Source of the DNA: Capsulimonadaceae bacterium
GTDB lineage: Bacteria > Armatimonadota > Armatimonadia > Armatimonadales > Capsulimonadaceae
Reading direction: 5' to 3'
Assembly: GCA_965215505.1 (NCBI GenBank)
Contig: OZ244065.1
Coordinates: 1,280,001 to 1,344,000, forward strand
DNA: 64,000 nucleotides
Positions 55,237 to 64,000 of the stretch are shown here, piece after piece. The notes under the pieces were generated by a model. That model had not been told where the DNA came from, did no database searches, and saw only the letters and a program-made list of their open reading frames with translations. Made by a program: the position numbers and the translations under genes. Within the stretch, counting starts at the first letter, position 1, and each line of letters starts with the position of its first letter.

Positions 55237-57915
55237 TTACCTCCGGGCGGGCGGCGTGGGCCGCTTCTTTTTGCTGAAATCCTCGTGCGGCAGGGCGGAC
55301 AAGAGGCGGGCGGCCTCAGCAGCGGGGACCTTCCGGCCGTCCGGGCCGGTCAGGTAGAAAGCGTTGCGGGCGCGGCTGCCCCAGATGGACAGGCGGGCGG
55401 CGTGGATGTTCCAGCCCAGGGCGGACACCGCGCGGGCCAGGCGGTAGACGACGCCCGGCTCGTCGGGGGTGCTGACTTCGAGCAGGCTGAAACGCTCCGA
55501 GGCATTCTCGTCTATCGTGGCGGCGTAGATCGTCTGCTCCTTCAGCGGCTTCCGGTGTGACTGGAGCAGCTCGCCGATGCCGACCTCGCCGAGCAGGACA
55601 CGGCGCAGGCTGTCCTGGAGTTCCGCCCGCTTGGCCGTCGAGAGCGGCTTGCCCCGGTAGTCGGCCCAGAGCGTGTCAATGGCGATGCGGACGCTGGCAT
55701 CGCGGGTGAAGACCTGGGCGGTGTGTAGGTTGACGTCGTGGGCGTACAGGACGCCGGTGATCTTCGCCAGCAGGCCCGGCTTGGGGTCGTCATAGGCGCA
55801 GATCGTGACCTCGGTGTAGTCGGTGCCGAAGTCGTGCTTGAAGTCCACGGAAGGCTGATACGTCTCGCGCAGCCGCCCGATCATGGCGATGTGCAGGTAC
55901 ATCTCTTCGAGCGGCGTGTTCAGCAGATATTGGGCCGGCAGGTTCCGGGTGTGTTCCAGGACGATGTCGGTCGGCAGGTCGTGCTGGGCCAGGCCCTTGC
56001 GGATGCGCTCGCGCTGGCGCTTGAGGTCGGGGATGGGCGGGGGGGCCGGCCCGCCGCCGTCGTCGAAGACTGGCGCGGCCAGCATCGCCTCGGCGCGGGC
56101 GTACAGCTCGGACAGGAAGCGGCCCTGGACTTCGGTCCAGACGCCCGCGCCGACGGCGGCGGTGTCAGCCTGGGTCAGCAGATAGAGCATGTTCAGCGAA
56201 TCCATGTCCGGGACGTGCCGGATGAACTCGCGCGTCGTCTCCTCCAGGGCCAGGTCCCGTAGACGGCTGGTTTCGGCCATCAGCAGGTGGTGGCGGACGA
56301 GGAAGACCACGCGGTCACGCCGCTCGTCATCCCAGCCCAGGCGGTCGCAGATGCGCGCGCTGGCCTCGGCACCCGTTTCGGCGTGGGAGCCGTGGGGCCA
56401 CTGCTTGCCGATATCGTGGATCAAGCCGGCCAGGTACAGCGTCTCGGGCCGCGCGACCTCGCTCATCAGGCGCTTCCCCTCGGGCGAGCGGGCATCCGCC
56501 TTCATGGCTTCCAGGTTGCGGACGACACGCAGGGAATGCGCGCCGACCGTGTAGTCGTGGGCGGCGTCGTAGGGGATCAGGGCCATCAGCGGGCCGAACT
56601 CGGGGATCAGCCAGGCCAAAGCTCCTTCGGCCTCCATCCGGTCCAGGGCGTCGGCCACGCCACGCCCCGCCGTCAGGAGGCGCGCGAGGACGCGGCCCGC
56701 CAGGGGGAGGTCGGCCGGGACGGGCTGGGCCATAAGAAAATTCCCGATCTCCTCCTCCAGCTCGACCGACACGTCAAGCCCGTAAGCCTGCGACAGCTCG
56801 GCGACGTGGAGCGGCAGGGCCGGGTCACGCCCCGCTGCGGCGGGGTCGGCGACTGAGAGGACGCGGCGCGAGGAAACCAGGCCCAGGCCCATCGGCAGGT
56901 CGCTGTCCAGGCAGCGCATCATGACCTTGCGCGCGATGCGCAGCCCCTGCGCCGCCTCGGTGTAATAGTCGCGCATGAAGACTTCGACGGCGGGGGTGTC
57001 CGGCGTGTCCGCATAGCCGAGCAGGGCGGCGACCGCCTCCTGCTTGTCCGCCGTCAGCCCCTCGCGCGCCCCGCCCGAGACGATGTGCAGGGCGGCGCGG
57101 GCGCAGAGCAGGAAGTCGCGGGCCTCGCCGATCCTGTCGGCCTCGGCCGGCGAGACGAACCCCGCATCCACCAGGGCCGGCCAGAGGCGGGACAGGCTGG
57201 CGTGGAAGCGCGCCTCGCCCATCCATTCGGCGTTCTGGATGTCGCGCAGGCCGCCCGCACCCTCCTTGATGTTCGGCTCGACCACATACACCTGGTCCCC
57301 GCCGTGCTTGGCGAGGACGGCCCGCCGCTCGGCCCACTTCTGGAACAGGAAGTCCGCCGTCAGCAGGTGGGCGCGGAACTGCGACCGGAAGAGGGTGAAC
57401 AGCGCACGATCGCCGCAGAGGAAGCGGGCGTCGAGGAGAGTGGTTTGCGTCTGGTGGTCCAGCCGCCCCAGGTCCCCGAGCAGGCGGTAGGCGTAGCCGA
57501 CCTTGAGGTCGGCCCCATAGAGAAACACATCCATCACCATCTGGAACATGTCTTTGATCAGGACGTTCAGGTAGGGGTCGTCTTCCAGGGCGGGGACGAA
57601 AGTCACATCCACGTCGGAGAACGGGGCAAGCTCAGAGCGGCCATAGCCGCCCGTCGCGATGATGGCGAGGGAAGGCGTAACGTCGGCAGGCCCGGCGCGC
57701 TCGACCGCCAGCGCGAACAGCCGCCGCAGCACGGCGTCCACTAGGGCGGTGTTGTGCGCCAGCAGGTCGGTCGCCCTGCTCCGCCGCAGCGTGTCCGCGC
57801 TGTTGATACGGCCATGCCAGTCCTTCAAGTAGGCGGCGATGACGGCGGGCGAGTCGAGGCGGGCGAGTTCTGGAGCGAAGAGCGGGCAGGTTTGCTCGGA
57901 AGACATGGGGGCCAC
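55237..57915 (-). CDS. glnD: [protein-PII] uridylyltransferase/uridylyl-removing enzyme
   Basis: GGYGRSELAPFSDVD, EPNIKEGAGGLRD, HD motif IHDIGK, two ACT domains; start 57915 or 57906. Confidence 0.95.
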   Translation of the reverse strand: MAPMSSEQTCPLFAPELARLDSPAVIAAYLKDWHGRINSADTLRRSRATDLLAHNTALVDAVLRRLFALAVERAGPADVTPSLAIIATGGYGRSELAPFSDVDVTFVPALEDDPYLNVLIKDMFQMVMDVFLYGADLKVGYAYRLLGDLGRLDHQTQTTLLDARFLCGDRALFTLFRSQFRAHLLTADFLFQKWAERRAVLAKHGGDQVYVVEPNIKEGAGGLRDIQNAEWMGEARFHASLSRLWPALVDAGFVSPAEADRIGEARDFLLCARAALHIVSGGAREGLTADKQEAVAALLGYADTPDTPAVEVFMRDYYTEAAQGLRIARKVMMRCLDSDLPMGLGLVSSRRVLSVADPAAAGRDPALPLHVAELSQAYGLDVSVELEEEIGNFLMAQPVPADLPLAGRVLARLLTAGRGVADALDRMEAEGALAWLIPEFGPLMALIPYDAAHDYTVGAHSLRVVRNLEAMKADARSPEGKRLMSEVARPETLYLAGLIHDIGKQWPHGSHAETGAEASARICDRLGWDDERRDRVVFLVRHHLLMAETSRLRDLALEETTREFIRHVPDMDSLNMLYLLTQADTAAVGAGVWTEVQGRFLSELYARAEAMLAAPVFDDGGGPAPPPIPDLKRQRERIRKGLAQHDLPTDIVLEHTRNLPAQYLLNTPLEEMYLHIAMIGRLRETYQPSVDFKHDFGTDYTEVTICAYDDPKPGLLAKITGVLYAHDVNLHTAQVFTRDASVRIAIDTLWADYRGKPLSTAKRAELQDSLRRVLLGEVGIGELLQSHRKPLKEQTIYAATIDENASERFSLLEVSTPDEPGVVYRLARAVSALGWNIHAARLSIWGSRARNAFYLTGPDGRKVPAAEAARLLSALPHEDFSKKKRPTPPARR

Positions 57916-57926
57916 TCGGTTCGGCT

Positions 57927-58673
57927 CTACTCGATCGCCGGGAGCGGCTGGAGGTGCAGGCCGCCCTCGCCGATCTCGAAAGGGTGCGGCGAGGACGAAT
58001 GACCGGAGCCGCGGTTTTTCAGCACCTCCAGCAGCCGGATGCGCCGCCCGTCGCGCGCATCGCCCAGCCGCCGGTACTCGAGCTGGATGACGGTGTCGGC
58101 GAGGTACTCTTCAGGCGTCACCCGGAAGGGCGCTTCGCGCGACTCGGTTTCGCGCGTCATCATCACGCTCATGTCGTCCATCCGCAGCGCGTTGACGATG
58201 CGCTCGAAGCGGACGCGCACCGCCTCATCCCGGTCGGGGTAGCTCTCGAACTTGGTCAGGCTGTCCACGACGACGCGCCCGAACCCATAATCGCGGATCA
58301 TCTGGCTGTACTGGTCCGAAGCCAATTCGAGCAGGAACGCATCCGGCGAAGTGAAGACGATCAGCAGGCGGCGCTCACGCTCTAGGGCCTCGAAGTCCCA
58401 GCCCAGGGCGCGGGCGTCCCGGTACAAACGGCGCGGGTGTTCTTCGAACGTCACCAGCAGGCCCGGAAGGTCCTGCTGGGTGACCCCCGCATAGAGGAAC
58501 TGCATCCCAAGGATCGTCTTACCGGTTCCAGGCGCACCCTGGACGAGCAAGGAGTTCCCTTCCGGCAGGCCGCCTTGCAGCAGCCGGTCCAGGGTCGGGA
58601 TTCCCATGGGGTTGCGGAGGAAGGCGTCCGGTCCGCCCAGGGTCCCGCTGGCATCCTCGATGCGCTCACGCAT
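57927..58673 (-). CDS. single-domain KaiC/RAD55 family ATPase
   Basis: GIPTLDRLLQGG, GAPGTGKT, TFEE, VVVDSLT, EVLKNRGS. Confidence 0.9.
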   Translation of the reverse strand: MRERIEDASGTLGGPDAFLRNPMGIPTLDRLLQGGLPEGNSLLVQGAPGTGKTILGMQFLYAGVTQQDLPGLLVTFEEHPRRLYRDARALGWDFEALERERRLLIVFTSPDAFLLELASDQYSQMIRDYGFGRVVVDSLTKFESYPDRDEAVRVRFERIVNALRMDDMSVMMTRETESREAPFRVTPEEYLADTVIQLEYRRLGDARDGRRIRLLEVLKNRGSGHSSSPHPFEIGEGGLHLQPLPAIE

Positions 58674-59250
58674 GGGAAGCCTCCTGCCTGGCTTCGTGGA
58701 AGACCGTCATGCCCTGGCAGACCTCCTGGACGAGTACGCCCGCGCTGCACAGGCTTTCGGCGACGGCCCGGACGTCGTCCTCGGCCCGGCCGATCTTGAC
58801 GGCAAGCCCTGCGGCGTGGTCGCGCACATAGCGGTTCCGCTCGAAAAATGCGCGCAGGCAGCGCGTCAGGGCGCGGCTCCCCTCGCCCGACAAGGGGGCG
58901 GCTACGGACGGTTCGGCGGTGGGACGGGAGGGAGGCGGCGCGGGGGCGTCCAGAGGCTCCATGCTGGACACCAGGCGCAAAGCCTGGCGGAGCGAAGCCC
59001 CGCCGTCCATGGCTTTGCGAATCGCCAGCACGCGCCGCACGGCCTCCAGGCCGTAGGTGCGCCGCGCCCCCTGTCCTTGCGCCGTCACATAGCCCTGGCG
59101 AGTCCAGTAGCCGAGCTGACGCACAGAGATGCCGCAGAGGGCTGCCGTCTGTGCGATGTTTAATGTCAGGTCCGGCAGAGCCTCCCAGAGCAGTGTGTCG
59201 GAGTTCGGGGCATCGAGTCCCTGGGTGAGAGTGTTCTGTGTGTCGTTCAT
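58666..59250 (-). CDS. MerR-family HTH regulator with second C-terminal winged-helix-like domain
   Basis: LNIAQTAALCGISVRQLGYW...RRTY; C-terminal GLAVKIGR..DDVRAVAESLCSAGVL. Confidence 0.8.
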   Translation of the reverse strand: MNDTQNTLTQGLDAPNSDTLLWEALPDLTLNIAQTAALCGISVRQLGYWTRQGYVTAQGQGARRTYGLEAVRRVLAIRKAMDGGASLRQALRLVSSMEPLDAPAPPPSRPTAEPSVAAPLSGEGSRALTRCLRAFFERNRYVRDHAAGLAVKIGRAEDDVRAVAESLCSAGVLVQEVCQGMTVFHEARQEASHA

Positions 59251-60158
59251 GAGAGTGTCTGCCTCGTCGCATCCTCCGACGAGTCGGACTGCGGGCGGGC
59301 GGAAGGGTTAGCCGCGACGTTCGGCAGGCGGGACAAGCGCGAGGCGACATCCGGGCTGAAAGATGGGAACGCGGACAGAGCGCGCCGCCAGCCGGTAGCG
59401 TCTGCCAAGGCGGCTGGCAGAGGCGGGGCGGCGAACAGCATGGCCGTGGTCGGGTTGCCTGCCCAGACCAGGTCCTCCCCTTGCCCGGCCTCGATCTTAG
59501 TCAGGGCGGTCTTCAATGCGTCCGGATAGTCGGCCAGATGGGCGGCATGGTAGTCAGAGGCCGTAACCACTTTCGAGTCCCAGCCCAGCCATGCCAGCGC
59601 GGCGGCAGGGAAAGCGAAGGCCATCAGGAGGGCGTTCCCAGGCCCGGCGGACCCGCGACGCCGCAGGCCGAGGCCCATTTGCAGGGGCAACCCCGCCAGG
59701 GTGGACGTGACCGTCCAGCCCGGCATGGCCCCGGTCGCAAGGCGCGCGACCATCAGCGCCATGATCGCCTGCACCTCGTCCTTATCCAAATGCCTGGTCA
59801 GGCCGTTGGTCACGACGATGACCGGGTCGCCGGCGCGCCGCTCGATGACGTAGGCGTTCGGCTCGGGGCGGGTGGAATAATAGAGGATCGGCGAATCCAT
59901 CCCCACCCGCTCACAAAGAGCCTGGATCATCTCGTACAGCTTGGGCGCGTGGACGTTCTCCAGCAGGGCGGCGTCCCAGACGTCCAGGGGGAACTTCTCC
60001 GCCGCCGAAGAGCCGATGACGACGTAGCCGATGCCGAACAGCAGCCCCAGAATCAGGCCCGCGAGGGCATGACGGAAGAGCGCACCAAAAACCGCGCCCA
60101 GGGCGGCCCACAGGAGGCAGCAGACGCAGATGACGAGTGGGAGGCGCAAACGTGACAA
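59247..60158 (-). CDS. HtpX/M48-like membrane protein lacking the zinc motif
   Basis: PNAY...IVVTNGL...LDKDEVQAIMALMVARL (HExxH replaced), ALKTALTKI. Confidence 0.75.
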   Translation of the reverse strand: MSRLRLPLVICVCCLLWAALGAVFGALFRHALAGLILGLLFGIGYVVIGSSAAEKFPLDVWDAALLENVHAPKLYEMIQALCERVGMDSPILYYSTRPEPNAYVIERRAGDPVIVVTNGLTRHLDKDEVQAIMALMVARLATGAMPGWTVTSTLAGLPLQMGLGLRRRGSAGPGNALLMAFAFPAAALAWLGWDSKVVTASDYHAAHLADYPDALKTALTKIEAGQGEDLVWAGNPTTAMLFAAPPLPAALADATGWRRALSAFPSFSPDVASRLSRLPNVAANPSARPQSDSSEDATRQTLS

Positions 60159-60284
60159 AACCGCTGGTCTCCTGTATACTAAAGATACTTATTTATACCC
60201 CTTTTCAGTTCCAAACTTAACGGGGCAGACACGGGCCAGCTTAACACAGTCTTAATATAAGCTCAAAATGGGTTCAACGGTGGC

Positions 60285-61403
60285 TCAAAACATGACGCGG
60301 TGCTTGCGGGCGGCGACGGAGAGCAGCAGGCCGGTAGCGGTGAGGTTCACCAGAAGGCTGCTCAGTCCATAGGAGAAGAACGGCAGCGGGACGCCCACGA
60401 CCGGCATGATCCCCATCGTCATTCCGACGTTGACCACGACGTGGAAGGTCAGCATGGAGAGGACGCCCGCCGCCAGCAGGCGGCCCAAGACGTCGTCGCA
60501 GTCCGCCATCACGGCCACGCCGCGCTCCAGCAGGAGCAGGTACAGGGCCAGCAGGGCGAGGCAGACGACGAAGCCGCCCTCCTCGCCGACGATGGTGAAG
60601 ATGAAGTCGGTGTGCTGCTCCGGGATGAACTTGCCGTTGGCCTGAGTCCCCCTTCCGTATCCCTCGCCGCCGATGCCGCCCGCCCCGATCGCGATCTCGC
60701 TCTCGCGCAGGTGGTAGCCCGTGTCGCGCGGGTCGGCGTCCGGGTTGAGGAAGACTTGCAGGCGGTTTTTCTGGTAGTCTTTCAGCACATGATGCGGGTT
60801 GAAGTGCCACAGGCCGGCGAACAGGACCGCCCCCGCCAGCAGGAGCAGGCCGAGGTGTTTGAGGCTCGCACCCGCGATGACCATCATCCCGAACCAGATC
60901 GCCAGCAGGACCAGGGCCGTGCCCAGGTCCGGCTGGGCGGCGATCAGCAGCACCGGCACCCCGATGTGGGCCAGCGACTTGAAGACGGTCGGCCACTCCC
61001 CGACCGTTTCGCTGTTGCGGGCGAGGAACAGGGCCAGTGTCCCGATCAGGATCACCTTGGCGAACTCGGAGGGCTGGATCTGGATCGGCCCCAGCGGTAT
61101 CCACCGGGCGGCCCCGTGCGAAGCGTGGCCGAGGAACCTCACGACGAGCAGCAGGAACAGGTTCAGCGGGTACAGGGTGCGGGAATACCGCTTCAGCAGT
61201 ACCTCATAGTCGGAGCGGGCCAGGGCGACCGCCGCCGCGCCGCCCAGCAGTACGCCCACCATCTGTTTGTGGACCAGGTCGAGCGGGTGCAGGTCCAGGT
61301 GGCGCGCGCTCTTGATGGCGAGGATGCCGCCGAGACAGATCAGCAGCGCGCTCCCCAGTATGGCCCAGTCTAGCTGCCGCAGCCCCTGTCTCTGAACGAT
61401 CAT
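60285..61403 (-). CDS. rodA: rod shape-determining SEDS protein RodA
   Basis: GAARWI, IQPSEFAK, QPDLGTA, PEQHTDFIF, MPVVGVPLPFFSYG. Confidence 0.92.
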   Translation of the reverse strand: MIVQRQGLRQLDWAILGSALLICLGGILAIKSARHLDLHPLDLVHKQMVGVLLGGAAAVALARSDYEVLLKRYSRTLYPLNLFLLLVVRFLGHASHGAARWIPLGPIQIQPSEFAKVILIGTLALFLARNSETVGEWPTVFKSLAHIGVPVLLIAAQPDLGTALVLLAIWFGMMVIAGASLKHLGLLLLAGAVLFAGLWHFNPHHVLKDYQKNRLQVFLNPDADPRDTGYHLRESEIAIGAGGIGGEGYGRGTQANGKFIPEQHTDFIFTIVGEEGGFVVCLALLALYLLLLERGVAVMADCDDVLGRLLAAGVLSMLTFHVVVNVGMTMGIMPVVGVPLPFFSYGLSSLLVNLTATGLLLSVAARKHRVMF

Positions 61404-61505
61404 CGCCTCTTATGATACCATTTTTCGCGCGGTTTTCCGTCCGCCGCGCGTGGGCGCGCGAACTACCGGGCGGCAGGTGACGTTATAGAGGCTGGAATGC
61501 ACCCC

Positions 61506-62228
61506 ATGAAGATGACGCCCCCCGTTTCCGAGATGCTGCCGCCCGCCCCCTCTGATGTGGAACGCGCCCGCCTGTGGGCGGTGCTGGCGACGGTCGCCCT
61601 GTCGGTCGTGACGGTACTCGTCCTGCGGGACCGGCCCTGGTCGGACGGGCGGACCGCGCTGGCCCTGAACGGCGTCAGCATCGCCCTGTTCCTGGCGCAC
61701 GTCGCCTTCTACCGGGATAGGGTCCTCGCGCGGCTTCTCGTGTTCGGGCTGGGGCTGGGCGTGGTGGAGCTGGCGGCAGACGCCCTGTGCGTCCGCTACA
61801 CGGGGACTCTGGACTACTCGGTCGCCCACAGCCCGCTGCTGGGCCTGTCGCCGTTCTGGATGCCGACGGCGTGGATGGTGGTCGCCGCCCAGATCGGCTA
61901 TCTCGGGCGGCGGCTGATGGCCCGGCTGGGGACGGGCGCGGGCATGGCCCTGACCGCCCTACTCGGGGCCGTCAACATCCCCTTCTACGAGGAGATGGCC
62001 TACCACGCCCACTGGTGGCGGTACGTCCACTGCCGGATGCTGGGGCACACGCCGCTGTACATCATCGTGGCCGAGATGCTGATCGGGCTGACCCTCGGCC
62101 CGCTGGCCGCCTGGGCGATGCGCGCCGGGGCCACCTGGCGCGACGCGGCGACGGCCGGCGTGATCGGCGGCCTGGGCACCATCTTCGGGGGACTGGTCGG
62201 TTACGGGCTGGTGGAGCGGGTGCTGTGA
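61506..62228 (+). CDS. multi-pass membrane protein of unknown function
   Basis: About 7 hydrophobic segments; SPFWMPTAW, FYEEMA..WW.Y. Confidence 0.7.
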   Translation: MKMTPPVSEMLPPAPSDVERARLWAVLATVALSVVTVLVLRDRPWSDGRTALALNGVSIALFLAHVAFYRDRVLARLLVFGLGLGVVELAADALCVRYTGTLDYSVAHSPLLGLSPFWMPTAWMVVAAQIGYLGRRLMARLGTGAGMALTALLGAVNIPFYEEMAYHAHWWRYVHCRMLGHTPLYIIVAEMLIGLTLGPLAAWAMRAGATWRDAATAGVIGGLGTIFGGLVGYGLVERVL

Positions 62229-62238
62229 GGTTTGAAGC

Positions 62239-63039
62239 TTACGGACTCTTCGGCGCGTGGGAGCCGGGCGGCAGGCACCTCGGGTGTTCGTCGCGGTCCA
62301 GGACGCGGCTCCACCAGTCCAGGCGGGCGCGGCAGACGCGGCAGCGGCCTTCTTTGTAGAGCCGCTTGGCCTCGTCCTTGCGCTGCTGCGCCATGCCCTG
62401 CGTGTGCCAGTCAGGGGTGATGGCCTCGAGGTGGCGGGCGGCGGCCTGGGCGTCCTTCTCGCAGCAGGAGAAGTGACAGTGGAAGCCGTAATACTTGGAC
62501 CGCTCGCGGGTGACGGCGTACTGCTGCCGGGTCTGGTGGTCCATCTCGGTGTCGGGGTAGAGGTGAGTCCAGCGCCCGTAGAACCACCGCAGGTTGCCGA
62601 CGGCGAGGACCCCGTCGCAGACGACGCAGCGCTCGCATTCGGTGCAGCCGCCGGCGTTGAGGCTGACCGGAAGCTCGCGGGCGGAGGCGGCGTGCTTCTC
62701 CAGCACGGTCTGACGCCCGCAGCGGCAGATGCGGAAGCTGGTCACGTCCAGCGCGCCGCAGCCGGGGCACTGCCAGTGATACCCGGAGCCGGTGACCGCC
62801 GCGCCGCCTGCGGGCGCGAGGCGCATCTCGGCGTCGCAGGCGTCGCACTGGTGCCGGCCCATGTGGTTCATCTCGCCGCTCTTGTGCAGGTGGCTGTAGG
62901 CGTGCGCGGGCGTCCCCGACTCCGCTTCGGCGCGGGGCGGTGGGGGGGCGAAGCGGAACCAGGACTGGGAAACGTCGCGGAGCTGCCTGCCGACGACCTG
63001 GAACTTCATGCTGACGGCGCGCGTGAGCGGCAAGACCAT
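62239..63039 (-). CDS. Cys/His-rich multi-zinc-finger-like protein
   Basis: CDAC, CPGC, CRC, CTECERCVVC, HCHFSCC, CRVC, HPRC; start uncertain. Confidence 0.65.
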   Translation of the reverse strand: MVLPLTRAVSMKFQVVGRQLRDVSQSWFRFAPPPPRAEAESGTPAHAYSHLHKSGEMNHMGRHQCDACDAEMRLAPAGGAAVTGSGYHWQCPGCGALDVTSFRICRCGRQTVLEKHAASARELPVSLNAGGCTECERCVVCDGVLAVGNLRWFYGRWTHLYPDTEMDHQTRQQYAVTRERSKYYGFHCHFSCCEKDAQAAARHLEAITPDWHTQGMAQQRKDEAKRLYKEGRCRVCRARLDWWSRVLDRDEHPRCLPPGSHAPKSP

Positions 63040-63122
63040 AATATGCTATTGTATCCCAAATTCGACGGATTTGGGCGATAAGCGCAAAGGAATTATCGGA
63101 AGACGGAATTATCGGGAGACGG

Positions 63123-63491
63123 TCAGCGGGAGATGGTCAGCAAATAGAGGACGCTCGCCAAACCCAAGGCGAACGCGGCGGCGGCGAATGCGAAGACGAG
63201 GTGCGCGGCGGACCGGTAATCGCCGCCTTCTATCATGCGCCGCGTCCGGTCATAGTGCCACGCGGCCAGCAACAGGGTGAGCACGCCCGCCCCGGCGAAG
63301 GCCAGCCCCAGCCGGGTGGAACCGGCCCCGGCGCGAGGCGCGGCTTCCAGGAAGCGCAGTTTGGCGATCAGCACTCCGAATCCGAGCAGGGCGATGGAGG
63401 TCCGCACCCAGGCCAGGAACGTGCGCTCGTTGGCGAGGTGGTCGCGGACGCTGCCGGCCCCCGTCACGAGTTTTGCGGGTTCGTCAGCCAC
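63123..63491 (-). CDS. YidH/DUF202 membrane protein
   Basis: RDHLANERTFLAWVRT. Confidence 0.92.
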   Translation of the reverse strand: MADEPAKLVTGAGSVRDHLANERTFLAWVRTSIALLGFGVLIAKLRFLEAAPRAGAGSTRLGLAFAGAGVLTLLLAAWHYDRTRRMIEGGDYRSAAHLVFAFAAAAFALGLASVLYLLTISR

Positions 63492-64000
63492 TCGATCTCC
63501 CGGCGCAGGTCCGCCCGCGCCGCCTGCTCGCGCTCCCCGAACAGCGCGTCAGTATAGTAGATGCGCTCGCGCCCGAGGAAGCTTTCCAGGACGCGGCGAC
63601 GGCCCACGCCGTAGTCCTGCTCCGGCACCCAGGCATATTCCTCGCGGATGGTCCGCGCGTAGTGGTCGTACTCCGCCGCATTCGACCCGAGAACGGCAAG
63701 GTCGGCGTCCAGGAGTACCTGGCAGTCCGTATCGCCTGCCGGGGCTTCGTGGGTTTTGGTCTTGCCGATCAACAGCATGACGCGCATTCGGAGCGAGTCC
63801 CACGGCCCACCCTTTAGTGCGGCCATCGCATAGAATGCGCTCTGCTCCTCGTTGTCGCCCCGGCGGCTGTCATAAATGGCATCGTGGAACCAGACGGCGA
63901 GGCGCACGGCCACCCCGTCATGCAGGGTGTCGCCAAAACCGGAGACGGTTCTCAGCATGGCGGCGATGTGGTTAAGGGTGTGGTACGCGCGGCCCGGCTC
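63464..64000 (-). CDS. HD-superfamily metal-dependent phosphohydrolase; begins beyond the window
   Basis: RAYHTLNHI, WFHDAIYD, NEEQSA, LDADLAVLG, IREEY. Confidence 0.88.
   Translation of the reverse strand, partial: EPGRAYHTLNHIAAMLRTVSGFGDTLHDGVAVRLAVWFHDAIYDSRRGDNEEQSAFYAMAALKGGPWDSLRMRVMLLIGKTKTHEAPAGDTDCQVLLDADLAVLGSNAAEYDHYARTIREEYAWVPEQDYGVGRRRVLESFLGRERIYYTDALFGEREQAARADLRREIEWLTNPQNS

Noticed and set aside
57927-58673. Circadian clock gene
   Set aside because: Single domain only and no kaiA or kaiB nearby

Overview
High-GC bacterial chromosomal window. The prepilin/DUF1559 protein with an H-X9-DG tail suggests Armatimonadota (inference only). It holds about 65 genes: two intertwined ABC export systems, an HTH plus LAGLIDADG-like gene lying between a consensus promoter and tRNA-Gly/tRNA-Arg, a phosphatase/pilin-like operon behind Pho-box-like repeats, a 9-gene nucleotide-sugar/CgeB glycosyltransferase cluster, groESL with a CIRCE element, a low-GC sacsin-like GHKL ATPase-DUF3883 nuclease, a family B DNA polymerase, a TPR-ExbB-ExbD-PA14 operon, M16 peptidases, hisC-S9 peptidase-aroF, a DUF3800 islet, a pseudo-HtpX-MerR-KaiC-glnD operon and rodA. 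The best candidates for an undescribed or poorly described system are (1) the RNase H-fold DUF3800 gene facing a structured ncRNA that appears to have its own promoter and terminator, (2) the LAGLIDADG-like gene using the tRNA promoter, (3) the KaiC/MerR/pseudoprotease module coupled to glnD, and (4) a Ton/Tol-type motor whose transducer ends in a PA14 domain. All family calls come from motif recognition by eye; no database search was run. No CRISPR array, rRNA, integrase or transposase was seen.
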